NCBI GenBank assembly: GCA_021787565.1
Contig: JAJYLT010000003.1
Location: forward strand, 79,775-143,774
Length of the DNA: 64,000 bases
Direction: 5' to 3'
Source: Acidobacteriota bacterium
GTDB lineage: Bacteria; Acidobacteriota; UBA4820; DSQY01
Within the stretch, counting starts at the first letter, position 1. Every line of letters begins with the position of its first letter. The position numbers were made by a program, and so were the translations under genes. This document shows positions 51,109 through 60,516 of this stretch, piece by piece. The notes beneath the pieces are model-generated. The model made no database searches, had not been told where the DNA came from, and worked only from the letters and a program-made list of their open reading frames with translations.

Positions 51109-52347
51109 TCAATCCTCGATAAGCCGCACGAGGAGTCCACTGCGCAGCTTCGGCTCGAACCAGGTGGACTTGGGCGGCATGACCTGACCGGCGTCCGCGA
51201 CGGCCATGAGCTGGGTCAAGGAGGTCGGATAGAGGGAGAAGGCCACGGCCCAACCCTGCTTCACCCTCTTCTCCAGCTCGGCCGTCCCGCGGATGCCGCC
51301 CACGAAATCGATGCGCGTGTCGGTCCGGGGATCGTCGATACCCAGGATTGGCCCGAGCAGGTTGCCCTGAAGGATGGAGACGTCCAGCCCCTTCACGGGA
51401 TCGTCGGCGGGGAAAGTACCCGGTTTGGCCGTGAGACGGTGCCATTTCCCGCCGAGAAACATGCCGAACTGCCGGGGCGCCGACGGCTTGGAGGCAGGCG
51501 CCGGTGTTACGTCGAAGGCCGCCCCGATCCTGTCCATGAAGGCCTGGGGGGCGAGACCGTTCAGATCCTTCACCACCCGGTTGTAGTCCATGATCTGGAG
51601 CTGGTCGTCGGGAAAGACGACCGCCATGAAATACTCGAAGGGCTCCTCGCCGGTATGCGTGGCGCTCTTGCCTCGGAGGGCCTGCCCCATCCGGACGGCG
51701 GCCGCGGTCCGGTGGTGGCCGTCCGCCACGTAGAGGGCGGGGAGCTCGCCGAAGAGCCGCGTGAGCTCGGCCATATCGCTTTCGTCGGCCACCACCCAGA
51801 CCGTGTGGCCGATGCCGTCCTCCGTCACGATGTCGTAGACCGGATCGCAGGAGCGGGCTCGGTCCACGATCTCGTCGATCTCCTTGCGGGACCGGTACGC
51901 CAGGAAGACGGGTTCCGCGTTGGCGTTCTGTTCGGAGACGTGGCGGGTGCGGTCATCCTCCTTGTCCTTGCGCGTGAACTCGTGACGCTTGATGAGGCCC
52001 TCCTCGTACTCCCTCACCGAGCAGAGGCATACCAACCCCGCCTGAACGTGCGAGCCCATCCGCTGCTGGTAGACGTAATAGCAGGGCAGCGCCTCCTTGA
52101 GGAGGACGCCGTTCGCGATGTAGCGCCGCAGGTTCTCTCTGCCCTTCGCGTAGACCCTGTCGTCGTAAAGCGGCACGGTGGGATCCAAGTCGATTTCGGG
52201 TTTTCCCACGTGCAGGAAGGTGTAAGGGTTGCCCTTCGCCAGCTCCCTGGCCTCCTCGGAACTGATGACGTCGTAAGGAAAGCTCGCCACCCGGGCGGCG
52301 AGGTTCGGCTCGGGACGATAGGCGCGAAACGGCTTGATCTTCGACAT
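51109..52347 (-). CDS. DUF1015 family protein
   Basis: MSKIKPFRAYRPEPNLAARVASFPYDVIS, the characteristic DUF1015 N-terminus. A TTGAAT-N17-TATGCT promoter lies at 52425-52453 (minus strand). Confidence 0.8.
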   Translation of the reverse strand: MSKIKPFRAYRPEPNLAARVASFPYDVISSEEARELAKGNPYTFLHVGKPEIDLDPTVPLYDDRVYAKGRENLRRYIANGVLLKEALPCYYVYQQRMGSHVQAGLVCLCSVREYEEGLIKRHEFTRKDKEDDRTRHVSEQNANAEPVFLAYRSRKEIDEIVDRARSCDPVYDIVTEDGIGHTVWVVADESDMAELTRLFGELPALYVADGHHRTAAAVRMGQALRGKSATHTGEEPFEYFMAVVFPDDQLQIMDYNRVVKDLNGLAPQAFMDRIGAAFDVTPAPASKPSAPRQFGMFLGGKWHRLTAKPGTFPADDPVKGLDVSILQGNLLGPILGIDDPRTDTRIDFVGGIRGTAELEKRVKQGWAVAFSLYPTSLTQLMAVADAGQVMPPKSTWFEPKLRSGLLVRLIED

Positions 52348-52690
52348 GTTGCCCCCTTCTCGAGATGAGACTTTTGCCGGATGCTCTCGCCGCCTCCCCG
52401 CCCCCGTGAGGTGGCCTAAAGCTCAGCATAGTGCAAGGCGGGGACGCATTCAACACGGCTGGGGCGCATCGGCCTCCCCTCTTGTTGCGGACGCCCCGAC
52501 AGAACCCGGGGCGGCTGGCCGATCCCCAGGGCGCACGGTATCGCCCGGTCGGCGCAGGCCAGGGGGCCGCTGGGCCATTTGGCTCACCCGGGAGGCACCG
52601 CGGCGGCTGGTTCTGTTCCACCGTCCTTCCCAGCCGGTGCTATAATGCCGCCTCGCGGGCATCCGTCCGCGGTTCCTGGAGGAGCAGCTC

Positions 52691-53599
52691 ATGTCCATGC
52701 TTGCCGTGAGAAGGTCCGTGGCCAACGCCATCCCTGGCCGGCTGGTTCGGGTATTCGCCTCCCCCTACGTCTCGGGGGATTCGATGGACAAGGGACTGCG
52801 CGCGGCCGACGACCTCAACAAGATGAAGGGGATCGAATCCACGATGGACGTGCTGGGCGAGGCCGAAAAGACCGAGGCCAAGGTCCGGCATGCCGTCGAT
52901 CTCTACCTGAAGACCCTGGATGCCTTGAAGGACAGGCCCTATTGCTCCATTTCGGTCAAGCCGGGCCATTTCGGATACTACGTGGACCCCGATCTCTGCC
53001 GGCGCAACATCGGGGAGATGGCCGCCGCATGCCAGAAGGCGGGCCGCGGCCTGACCATCGACATGGAGGACACGGACCTCACCGACTTCACCCTCCAGCT
53101 TTACAGGGAGCTCAAGCCCAAGTACCCCGTTCTGGGGACGGTCCTTCAGACCCGCCTCCACCGCACCCTCGACGACATCGACAGCCTCGATGGCCTGCAG
53201 GCCCATATCCGCGCCTGCATCGGCATCTACAATGTCCCCGAACCGCTGGCGACCCAGAACAGGCGCGACATGAAGGAGAGCCTCCTCCGGGTGATCCGCA
53301 AGCTGTTCGAGCGGGGCCACTATGTCTGCATCGCCACCCACGACGTGGAGTACATCGGCAAGGCCAGGGCCATCATCGCCGAGATGAAGATCCCCAGGGA
53401 GCGTTACGAATTTCAGATGCTCCTGGGCGTTCCGCGGGAAAAGATCCAGCGAGAGCTCGTGGCTGCCGGAGAGAAGGTGCGCCTCTACCTTCCCTTCGCC
53501 GTGGACTGGGACGACGCCATCGCCTACCTCAGGCGGCGCATGGTGGAAAGCCCCTCCATGACCGCCCTGGTCCTGAAGAATATCGTCAAGCGGGGCTGA
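52691..53599 (+). CDS. proline dehydrogenase (monofunctional PRODH/PutA catalytic domain family)
   Basis: 302 aa PRODH TIM-barrel family. Perfect TATAAT -10 at about 52638 and a GGAGGAG RBS. Confidence 0.8.
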   Translation: MSMLAVRRSVANAIPGRLVRVFASPYVSGDSMDKGLRAADDLNKMKGIESTMDVLGEAEKTEAKVRHAVDLYLKTLDALKDRPYCSISVKPGHFGYYVDPDLCRRNIGEMAAACQKAGRGLTIDMEDTDLTDFTLQLYRELKPKYPVLGTVLQTRLHRTLDDIDSLDGLQAHIRACIGIYNVPEPLATQNRRDMKESLLRVIRKLFERGHYVCIATHDVEYIGKARAIIAEMKIPRERYEFQMLLGVPREKIQRELVAAGEKVRLYLPFAVDWDDAIAYLRRRMVESPSMTALVLKNIVKRG

Positions 53600-53844
53600 G
53601 GCCCCAAATACCGCGATGGAATTTGGCGCGTAGGAGCGCCGCCCCCGGCGCGATGGGCCGTTCACGGGAACCGCATCGTCTCAGCGGGTTCCCCCGGATC
53701 GCGGCGAGGCGCCGCTCCTACAGAGGGGTTGCGCCTCCATCGCGAAATTTCGGGAGGCGACCTCCTCCGGCGAGGCACCGGCGGGCTCTGCCGCCGTCGT
53801 GTGGAGGCCGCTTGTCCTCCCGGTGGAGGGCCTTGGGCCAGTAC

Positions 53845-54059
53845 TTGACCTTTTAGCAACAAGGACTTATCTTATCGAAAGACGAATTGATGTGACGAAC
53901 CTCGGGGAAGATGGGCTTTGCCCGGTAGGCCCCGTGGAGAGTGTATAGACGAGCGGGACGGGTGAGTACCAGTGCGGAAAGGCCCGTATCGTTCGTTGAC
54001 CCTCCCTTACATCCATTTCCCCTCTTCACTCTAAGGGCCCGATCGGGCCCGCTTCTTTT
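53845..54059 (+). ncRNA. candidate small RNA / attenuated leader: promoter (TTGACC-N17-TATCTT) followed ~160 nt downstream by an intrinsic terminator hairpin
   Basis: -35 at 53845-53850, -10 at 53868-53873. GGGCCC-gatc-GGGCCC hairpin at 54035-54050 followed by GCTTCTTTT. No plausible ORF lies between them. Confidence 0.4.
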
Positions 54060-54165
54060 AGCGGTGGGCGGTTCGGGCGTGATAGACTTCAGTCGTGCGG
54101 GGCCGGCATCCGCACCCCCTATGGGCACGGGCGCACGAAGCGCCCCCCACGAAAGGAGTCAAGCC

Positions 54166-55368
54166 ATGGCGCACGACCTCGCTCCCAAAGAGATCATCGC
54201 CGAGAAACTCGACCAGGCGGCGCGGAAGATCAACGAGCAAGCCATCGACCTGTGGGTGACCTTCGTCCAGGAGACGAGCGCCGGGGCGGAGCGCGTCTTC
54301 TCCTACGTTTCTCCCGGCCACCTGACCTGGGAGAGCGTGATCGCCGTAACCCCCACGGGGGAACGCTTCGTCATCTGCGGCAAGTTCGACCAGCAGGACT
54401 TCGAGGAGTCGGGCCTCTTCACCGAGGTTTACACCTACGTGGAGGATTTCAAGGAGCCCTTCGGGCGCCTCCTCCAGCGGGTGAAGCCCGGCAAGGTCGC
54501 CCTCAACTTCTCGTTCAACGACCCCACGGCGGACGGCATCACTCACGGCAAGTTCGTCTTTCTTCAGGGGCTCCTCAAGGAAATGGCTCCGTCCGCGGAG
54601 GTGGTCTCGGCCGAGGCGGTGGTCCTCTCGCTCATCTCCAGCAAGAGCCCCATCGAGCGCTCCGCCATCCAGGAGGGGGTGGATCTCACCGTCAAGATCT
54701 TCGGAGAGATCAGCGCGTTCCTCAGGCCTGGCCTCACGGAGAAAGAGATCTACGGGTTCATCCAGGAGCGCATCCTATCCTACGGCGTCACCCCGAGCTT
54801 CCAGACCCTCGTCTTCGCGGGCGACCGCGGGGCCGGATCGGGCCACGGAAGCGCGACGGAGAACCCGGTTCAACCGGGCGATCTGGTGCACGTGGACATG
54901 GGCGTCTTCGTCCGCGGCTACGCCTCCGACATGCAGCGCACCTGGTACGTCCTGAAGCCCGGCGAGGAGCGCGCGCCCGAGCCGGCCCAGAAGGGCTTCG
55001 ACACCATCGTCCGCTCCATCGAGGCTTCGGGCCGGGCCCTCAAGCCGGGAGCCAAGGGCATCGAACTGGACACCATCGCCCGCAAGGTGGTGACCGACGC
55101 CGGCTATCCCGAGTATCCCCACGCCCTCGGTCATCAGATCGGCCGCCACGTCCACGATGGCGGAGCGCTCCTGGGCCCCGCCTGGGCCCGTTACCGGAAC
55201 ACCCCCTTCCTCGTGTTGGAGGAAGGGCAGATCTTCACCCTGGAACCCTCGCTGACCGTTCCGGGCTTTGGAGCCGTGGGTATCGAGGAGGACGTGATCA
55301 TCACTCCCGAGGGAGCGCGCTACATGGCGCCGCCCCAGCGCCATCTCTGGACCGTGAGAGGGAAGTGA
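54166..55368 (+). CDS. M24-family Xaa-Pro aminopeptidase / prolidase-like peptidase
   Basis: Creatinase N-terminal domain plus pita-bread C-terminus with metal ligands (HVDMG, HALGHQIGRHVHD, E..E); AAAGGAG RBS. Confidence 0.8.
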   Translation: MAHDLAPKEIIAEKLDQAARKINEQAIDLWVTFVQETSAGAERVFSYVSPGHLTWESVIAVTPTGERFVICGKFDQQDFEESGLFTEVYTYVEDFKEPFGRLLQRVKPGKVALNFSFNDPTADGITHGKFVFLQGLLKEMAPSAEVVSAEAVVLSLISSKSPIERSAIQEGVDLTVKIFGEISAFLRPGLTEKEIYGFIQERILSYGVTPSFQTLVFAGDRGAGSGHGSATENPVQPGDLVHVDMGVFVRGYASDMQRTWYVLKPGEERAPEPAQKGFDTIVRSIEASGRALKPGAKGIELDTIARKVVTDAGYPEYPHALGHQIGRHVHDGGALLGPAWARYRNTPFLVLEEGQIFTLEPSLTVPGFGAVGIEEDVIITPEGARYMAPPQRHLWTVRGK

Positions 55369-55441
55369 CGATTCGCCGGGGGGTGTGTTGAACCGAGGCG
55401 ACCGACTAGTCCGGGCGGGATGCCTTCTCTGGGAGGGTCTC

Positions 55442-55882
55442 ATGGATACCGTCAAGCGGATCTTGGAAGAAAAGGGCGCGGAGGTCTTCTCCGTCTCTCC
55501 GGAGACCACGGTCATGGACGCCGCCCACCTGATGTCGGAGCACCGCATCGGGGCCGTGTTGGTCATGGCAGCAGGCCACGTCCGCGGGATCTTCAGCGAG
55601 AGGGACCTCCTGCAGAGGGTCCTGCTGAGGGGAAGCGATTCCGAATCCCTGCCCGTGAGCGAGGTGATGTCCACGGACATGGTGTACGTGACGCCCGATA
55701 CACCGGTGCGCGAGGCCATGGCCGTCATGACCGAGCGCCGCTGCCGTCATCTTCCCGTGATGGAGGAGGGGCGCCTCTGCGGCATGGTCTCCATCGGGGA
55801 CTGCACCCGCTGGGTCTCGCGCGACCAGGATTTCACCATCCGCCATCTGACCGACTACATCGCCAATAAGTACCCGGGGTAG
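55442..55882 (+). CDS. CBS-domain pair protein
   Basis: 146 aa with two CBS motifs. Confidence 0.75.
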   Translation: MDTVKRILEEKGAEVFSVSPETTVMDAAHLMSEHRIGAVLVMAAGHVRGIFSERDLLQRVLLRGSDSESLPVSEVMSTDMVYVTPDTPVREAMAVMTERRCRHLPVMEEGRLCGMVSIGDCTRWVSRDQDFTIRHLTDYIANKYPG

Positions 55883-55932
55883 GTGAGTTGAGAAGTTGAG
55901 GAGGGGAAAGGAAAAGAAAATCTCTCTCCTCC

Positions 55933-57357
55933 CTACCCTTTGAGGACGGCCAGCGGTCGCATCTTGGCCACCACCTTCGCAAGGCCGGAGGACGTAACCG
56001 CCTCGATGACGGCCTCGATGTCCTTGTAGGCCTGGGGGGCCTCCTCCTTGATCGTGCGGCGGTTCTCGCAGATGAGAGTGATGCCCTCCATGGCCGTCCG
56101 GAACTCGTCGTCGGAGATCAGGCCCGGCCTGACGATCCTGCCGCCGCGGCGGTTCACCTTGCCCGCCGCTGCCGTTCGGCTCATCCGCCTCCCCGCGCCG
56201 TGGTTGGCGGAGCAGAGTGCCCGCTCGTTCTCGGGAACACCGGTGAGGACGTAGGAGAAGGACCCCATGGAGCCTGGGATGAGTACGGGCTGGCCCGTGT
56301 CCTCGAAGGGGCCCCCGGCCATGCGGTCCGAGGTGAAAGCCCTGGTGGCGCCCTTTCTGTGGACCCAGAGCAGCCGCCCGTCGTGACGCTCCAGCTTGGC
56401 CATGTTGTGAGGCACGTCGTAGAGGAGCTTCAGGGCCGTGCAGGGGTAGTGATGGAGCACGTTCTTGGCCACCAACGCCGCCATGAGGTGCCGATTGGCG
56501 AAGGCCAGGTTGGCTCCCGCGTGCATGGCGCCGATGTAGGCGCGCCCCTCCCTGGAATCCACGGGCATGTAGCAGAGCTCGCGCGAGGGGTGGGGCTCTC
56601 CGTAGGTGCGGGAGCGGGCCAGCGCCATGAATTCCTCACCCACCTGGTGACCGAACCCCCTGCTGCCCGAGTGGATCATGATCACCAGCTGACCATCAAA
56701 GAGCCCCCATGACGCGGCGCGCAGAGGGTCTTCTATACCGACCACCTCCTGGAGCTCGATGAAGTGGTTGCCGCCTCCCAGCGTGCCGAGCTGGTATTGC
56801 CCGCGCTCGATGGCTCGCGCCGAGAGAACGGCGGGATCGCCCGGCATGGAGCCCCCCTCCTCGATGTGGCTCCAGGCCTCCGGTTCCCGCACGGGGTCCA
56901 GGTGGTCCCATACGGGATGGTCCCGCCGATGGATGTCACAAAGGGCCGGGACGCCGCGGGCGAGCACCGCCATGAACTCTTCCCGGTCCAGGGGTACGTT
57001 GCGCTTCCCTTCGCCCAGCGGGATGTCACGGCGTATGGATCCCGCGAGGAGGGCCGCGTCCGCGTCGAGCGCCCGGCGGCCCGTGGTCAGCAGCCGCATG
57101 CCGCAGTTGATGTCGTACCCGACGGCGGCGGGGATGACGACCTCCGAGGTCGCCACCACGCTTCCGATGGGGACGCCGTAACCCACGTGAATGTCCGGTG
57201 TCGCGATGACCCGCTCGACGCTGGGGATGCGACAGGCGTCCCTGAGCTGCCTGAGGGCGTCGGCCTCCACCGGAAGGCCGGGGTGGGCGAAGAGGGTCGC
57301 GCCGACCTTCATGTCCCCTTCACGGGGCAGATTCCTTTCGAAGCCGGCCATGATCAT
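55933..57357 (-). CDS. rtcB: RNA-splicing ligase RtcB (3'-phosphate/5'-hydroxyl RNA ligase)
   Basis: RtcB motifs PDIHVGYGVPIGSV, NHGAGR and HSGSRG. Confidence 0.9.
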   Translation of the reverse strand: MIMAGFERNLPREGDMKVGATLFAHPGLPVEADALRQLRDACRIPSVERVIATPDIHVGYGVPIGSVVATSEVVIPAAVGYDINCGMRLLTTGRRALDADAALLAGSIRRDIPLGEGKRNVPLDREEFMAVLARGVPALCDIHRRDHPVWDHLDPVREPEAWSHIEEGGSMPGDPAVLSARAIERGQYQLGTLGGGNHFIELQEVVGIEDPLRAASWGLFDGQLVIMIHSGSRGFGHQVGEEFMALARSRTYGEPHPSRELCYMPVDSREGRAYIGAMHAGANLAFANRHLMAALVAKNVLHHYPCTALKLLYDVPHNMAKLERHDGRLLWVHRKGATRAFTSDRMAGGPFEDTGQPVLIPGSMGSFSYVLTGVPENERALCSANHGAGRRMSRTAAAGKVNRRGGRIVRPGLISDDEFRTAMEGITLICENRRTIKEEAPQAYKDIEAVIEAVTSSGLAKVVAKMRPLAVLKG

Positions 57358-57408
57358 GCTCGCGAACCCCTTTGTTTCCTCCGCTCGCCGGTCGGTCCGC
57401 CCTTCCCC

Positions 57409-58431
57409 TCAGTAGCTGTGGGCGTCCAGCTTCACCTTGCCCCTGAAGACCCAGTAGATGCTGGCGGTGTAAGCGAGCACCAGCGGCACTCCGATGCACG
57501 CGATGATCAGCATGATGCGGAGCGTCTTTTGTGAGGAGGCCGCGTTGTACAGCGTGAGGCTGTTGGCAGGGTTGGGGCTGGAGAAGACGATGTTCGGGAA
57601 GAGCCCCACGCCGAAGAGCGCCATGAGGGCCGCCATGGAGGCGCAGGAGGAGAGGAAGGCCCGCAGGTCACGGCCGTGGTAGATCTCGCGGGGGATGTTG
57701 GCGATGGCCAGCATGTTGAGGACGGGCAGCAAAAAGAAGATGGGATGGGCCTTGATGGTCTCGGTCATGTGGGGCACGTAGAGCAGCGTCGTGAAGGTCG
57801 TGAGGGCGTAGCAGACGATGAAGAAGATGATGGCATTGTTCACCCACCCGCGCACCTTGTTGTGCATGGCCCCCTCCGTCTTCAGGACCATGTAGATCGA
57901 GCCGTGCATCACGAAGAGGGCGAGCGTCGTCACGCCCACGAGCAGAGGGTAGGGGCGGAGCAGCCCCAGAAAGGTGCCCGCGAACTCATAGTGGGCGTCC
58001 AGCGGCACGCCCCAGGCGATGTTGCCCAGGGCGGCGCCGAGCAGGAGGCTCGAGAGGATGCTCGAGACGGAAAAACTGACGTCCCACATCTGGCGCCACC
58101 ACGCGTGCTCCTGCTTGCTCCGGAACTCGATGGCCGCGGCCCTGAAGATCAGCCCCACCAGGAGGAGCACCAGCGCCAGGTAGAAGCCCGAGAAGACGGT
58201 GGCATAGACCATGGGGAAGGCCGCGAAGAGGGCGCCGCCGCCCGTGACCAGCCAGACCTCGTTGCCATCCCAGACGGGACCGATGGCGTTGATCATGGTG
58301 CGGCGCTCCTCGTCCGTGCGGGTCAGGAGGTGGAGCGCGCCCACGCCGAGGTCAAAGCCGTCCAGCATGGCGTAGCCCGTGAAGAGGACCCCCACCAGCA
58401 GAAACCAGATCACGTTCAGGTCGATGTTCAT
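57409..58431 (-). CDS. cydB: cytochrome bd ubiquinol oxidase subunit II
   Basis: 340 aa, 8-9 TM ([31 protein letters not shown]...). ATG overlaps the cydA stop. Confidence 0.9.
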   Translation of the reverse strand: MNIDLNVIWFLLVGVLFTGYAMLDGFDLGVGALHLLTRTDEERRTMINAIGPVWDGNEVWLVTGGGALFAAFPMVYATVFSGFYLALVLLLVGLIFRAAAIEFRSKQEHAWWRQMWDVSFSVSSILSSLLLGAALGNIAWGVPLDAHYEFAGTFLGLLRPYPLLVGVTTLALFVMHGSIYMVLKTEGAMHNKVRGWVNNAIIFFIVCYALTTFTTLLYVPHMTETIKAHPIFFLLPVLNMLAIANIPREIYHGRDLRAFLSSCASMAALMALFGVGLFPNIVFSSPNPANSLTLYNAASSQKTLRIMLIIACIGVPLVLAYTASIYWVFRGKVKLDAHSY

Positions 58432-59780
58432 GCCCTGTGTCCCTCCCCGATCACGTCCGCGTCCACCGGACCTTCCTTGATCTTGTGGTCCAGGAGATAG
58501 ATGAACAGCGCGAAGAGCAGAATGTAGAGCAAGGTGAAGAGGATGAGGGAGGTCAGCGTCTCCCCCGCCGTCACTACGGGCGAAAGGGCGTCCTTGGTCC
58601 GGAGCAGGCCGTAGACGATCCACGGCTGGCGCCCCACCTCCGCCGACGCCCAGCCGAGCTGGTTCGCCAGTTCCGGCAGCACCACGGCCACGACCAGAAT
58701 CTTGAGGAACCAGCCCTTCTCGAAGAGGCTCCTTCGCCACCAGAAAAAGACCCCGAGCACGCTGATGAGAATGAGCGCCATGCCGATGCCCACCATGGCG
58801 TGGTAGGTCTGAAAGACGATGTTGACGGGAGGGCGGTCCTCCGGTTTGAAGGCGTCGAGTCCCGTCACCGGCTTGCTGGCATCGCCATAGACCAGCCAGC
58901 TCAACATGCCGGGCAGGGCCACCGAGAAATCCACCTTCTGGCCCGATTCGTCGACCCAGCCGAAGAGGCTGAGGGGCGCGCGGGGTTGGGCCGCCGGAAA
59001 GATCCCCTCGTAGGCCGCCAGCTTGGCCGGCTGGTAGCGGGCCACCAGCCTCGCGCTCGTGTCGCCCGTGACGAGCTGGAGGAGCGAGGCGATCAACGCG
59101 ATCACCAGCGCGATCTTCATGGAGGCCTTGGCGAAGTCCGTATGGCGCTTCTTCAGAAGGTAGAAGGCGCTCACGCTGATGACGAGGAAGGCTCCCGTCT
59201 GAAAGGCCGCCACGAGCACGTGGCTCAAGCGGTCCACGGTGGAGGGGTTGAAGACGACCTGCCAGAAGTTGGTCACCTCCGCCCTCGCACCGGCCGCCGT
59301 CTGGACGATGTGGAATCCCGCCGGCGTCTGCTGCCAGGAGTTGGCCACGATGATCCAGAGGGCGCTGAAGATGGAACCGAGCGACACCATGACGGTGGAG
59401 AAGAAGTGCATCTTCGGACTCACCCGGTCCCATCCGAAGAGGAGGATCGCGAGGAACCCCGATTCCAGGAAGAAGGCGAAGATCCCCTCGGCCGCCAGGG
59501 CGCTCCCGAAGACGTCGCCCACGTACCGGGAGTAGGCGGCCCAGTTCGTGCCGAACTGGAACTCCATCACGATGCCCGAGGCCACGCCGATGGCGAAGAT
59601 CAGGCCGAAGACGCGGACCCAGAAGCGGGTCATCGCGTGGTAGACCGGAGTGCGCGTCTTCAGATACATCCCCTCCATGACCACCAGGATCAGCCCCAGG
59701 CCGATGGTGAGCGGAGGGAAGATGTAATGAAACGCGATCGTCCAGGCGAATTGGAGACGTCCCAGGGTCAAGACATCCAT
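58428..59780 (-). CDS. cydA: cytochrome bd ubiquinol oxidase subunit I (short Q-loop type)
   Basis: 450 aa ([27 protein letters not shown]...GRQPW). Confidence 0.9.
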   Translation of the reverse strand: MDVLTLGRLQFAWTIAFHYIFPPLTIGLGLILVVMEGMYLKTRTPVYHAMTRFWVRVFGLIFAIGVASGIVMEFQFGTNWAAYSRYVGDVFGSALAAEGIFAFFLESGFLAILLFGWDRVSPKMHFFSTVMVSLGSIFSALWIIVANSWQQTPAGFHIVQTAAGARAEVTNFWQVVFNPSTVDRLSHVLVAAFQTGAFLVISVSAFYLLKKRHTDFAKASMKIALVIALIASLLQLVTGDTSARLVARYQPAKLAAYEGIFPAAQPRAPLSLFGWVDESGQKVDFSVALPGMLSWLVYGDASKPVTGLDAFKPEDRPPVNIVFQTYHAMVGIGMALILISVLGVFFWWRRSLFEKGWFLKILVVAVVLPELANQLGWASAEVGRQPWIVYGLLRTKDALSPVVTAGETLTSLILFTLLYILLFALFIYLLDHKIKEGPVDADVIGEGHRA

Positions 59781-59789
59781 CCAGACCTC

Positions 59790-60299
59790 CTATGTGATCT
59801 TCTGCTCTTTCCCCGATCGGGCTGACCCGCTCTTCTCCGCGAGTTTCCGCCCGCTCCTCGTCGGGCCGTGCTTTCCGCCACCTCGCTGATTTCGGATGCT
59901 GGCGGCCAGGGCATCGAATCGGACGCCGTCCAGGTACTGGGATAGGTGCTGGGTCGCGCCGGCCCAGGACGACTGCACGGGGCACAGCTCCGCCAGCGGG
60001 CATGCGCCAGCCTGCGTCAGGCAGCTGTTGATGGCGATGGGACCTTCCATCGCCTCGATCACCTCCCTGAGCGACACCCGGAACGGCGGCCTGGCCAGCG
60101 TGACCCCGCCCTTGTTGCCCCGTACGGTGATGAGGATGCCCGCCGCCGAAAGCCGGCTCACGATGCGGCGGATGAAGGCGGGCGGAATGAGGCGCGTGGC
60201 GGCGATCTCCCGTGCCGTCACCCGGGCCCCCTCCTCCAGTGAGGCCAAGTGCAGCACAATGCGGGCCGCGTAGTCCGTCTGCCGACCGATGACGATCAT
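59790..60299 (-). CDS. Rrf2-family transcriptional regulator with three-Cys cluster (Fe-S type)
   Basis: Rrf2 HTH N-terminus and Cys ligands (CLTQAGACPLAELC). Confidence 0.8.
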   Translation of the reverse strand: MIVIGRQTDYAARIVLHLASLEEGARVTAREIAATRLIPPAFIRRIVSRLSAAGILITVRGNKGGVTLARPPFRVSLREVIEAMEGPIAINSCLTQAGACPLAELCPVQSSWAGATQHLSQYLDGVRFDALAASIRNQRGGGKHGPTRSGRKLAEKSGSARSGKEQKIT

Positions 60300-60516
60300 G
60301 AATCCCCCTGGTGCGAGATAGTAATGTTACACCTGGAGTCTCATTCGTCAAGTCCCCGGCGGGTGGAGCGCGGAGGGTGGAGCAGGCGGTCCAGGATGGT
60401 CTCACTCCCGCGTTGTGATCTCTGCCCTCAGGAGGGCTCCTTCAAGAGGATCTGGCTCGGCATCTGACCGAACTTGGCGGGTTTCCGCCTGGATGGTGCC
60501 GGCGAAGTCCCCCCTC

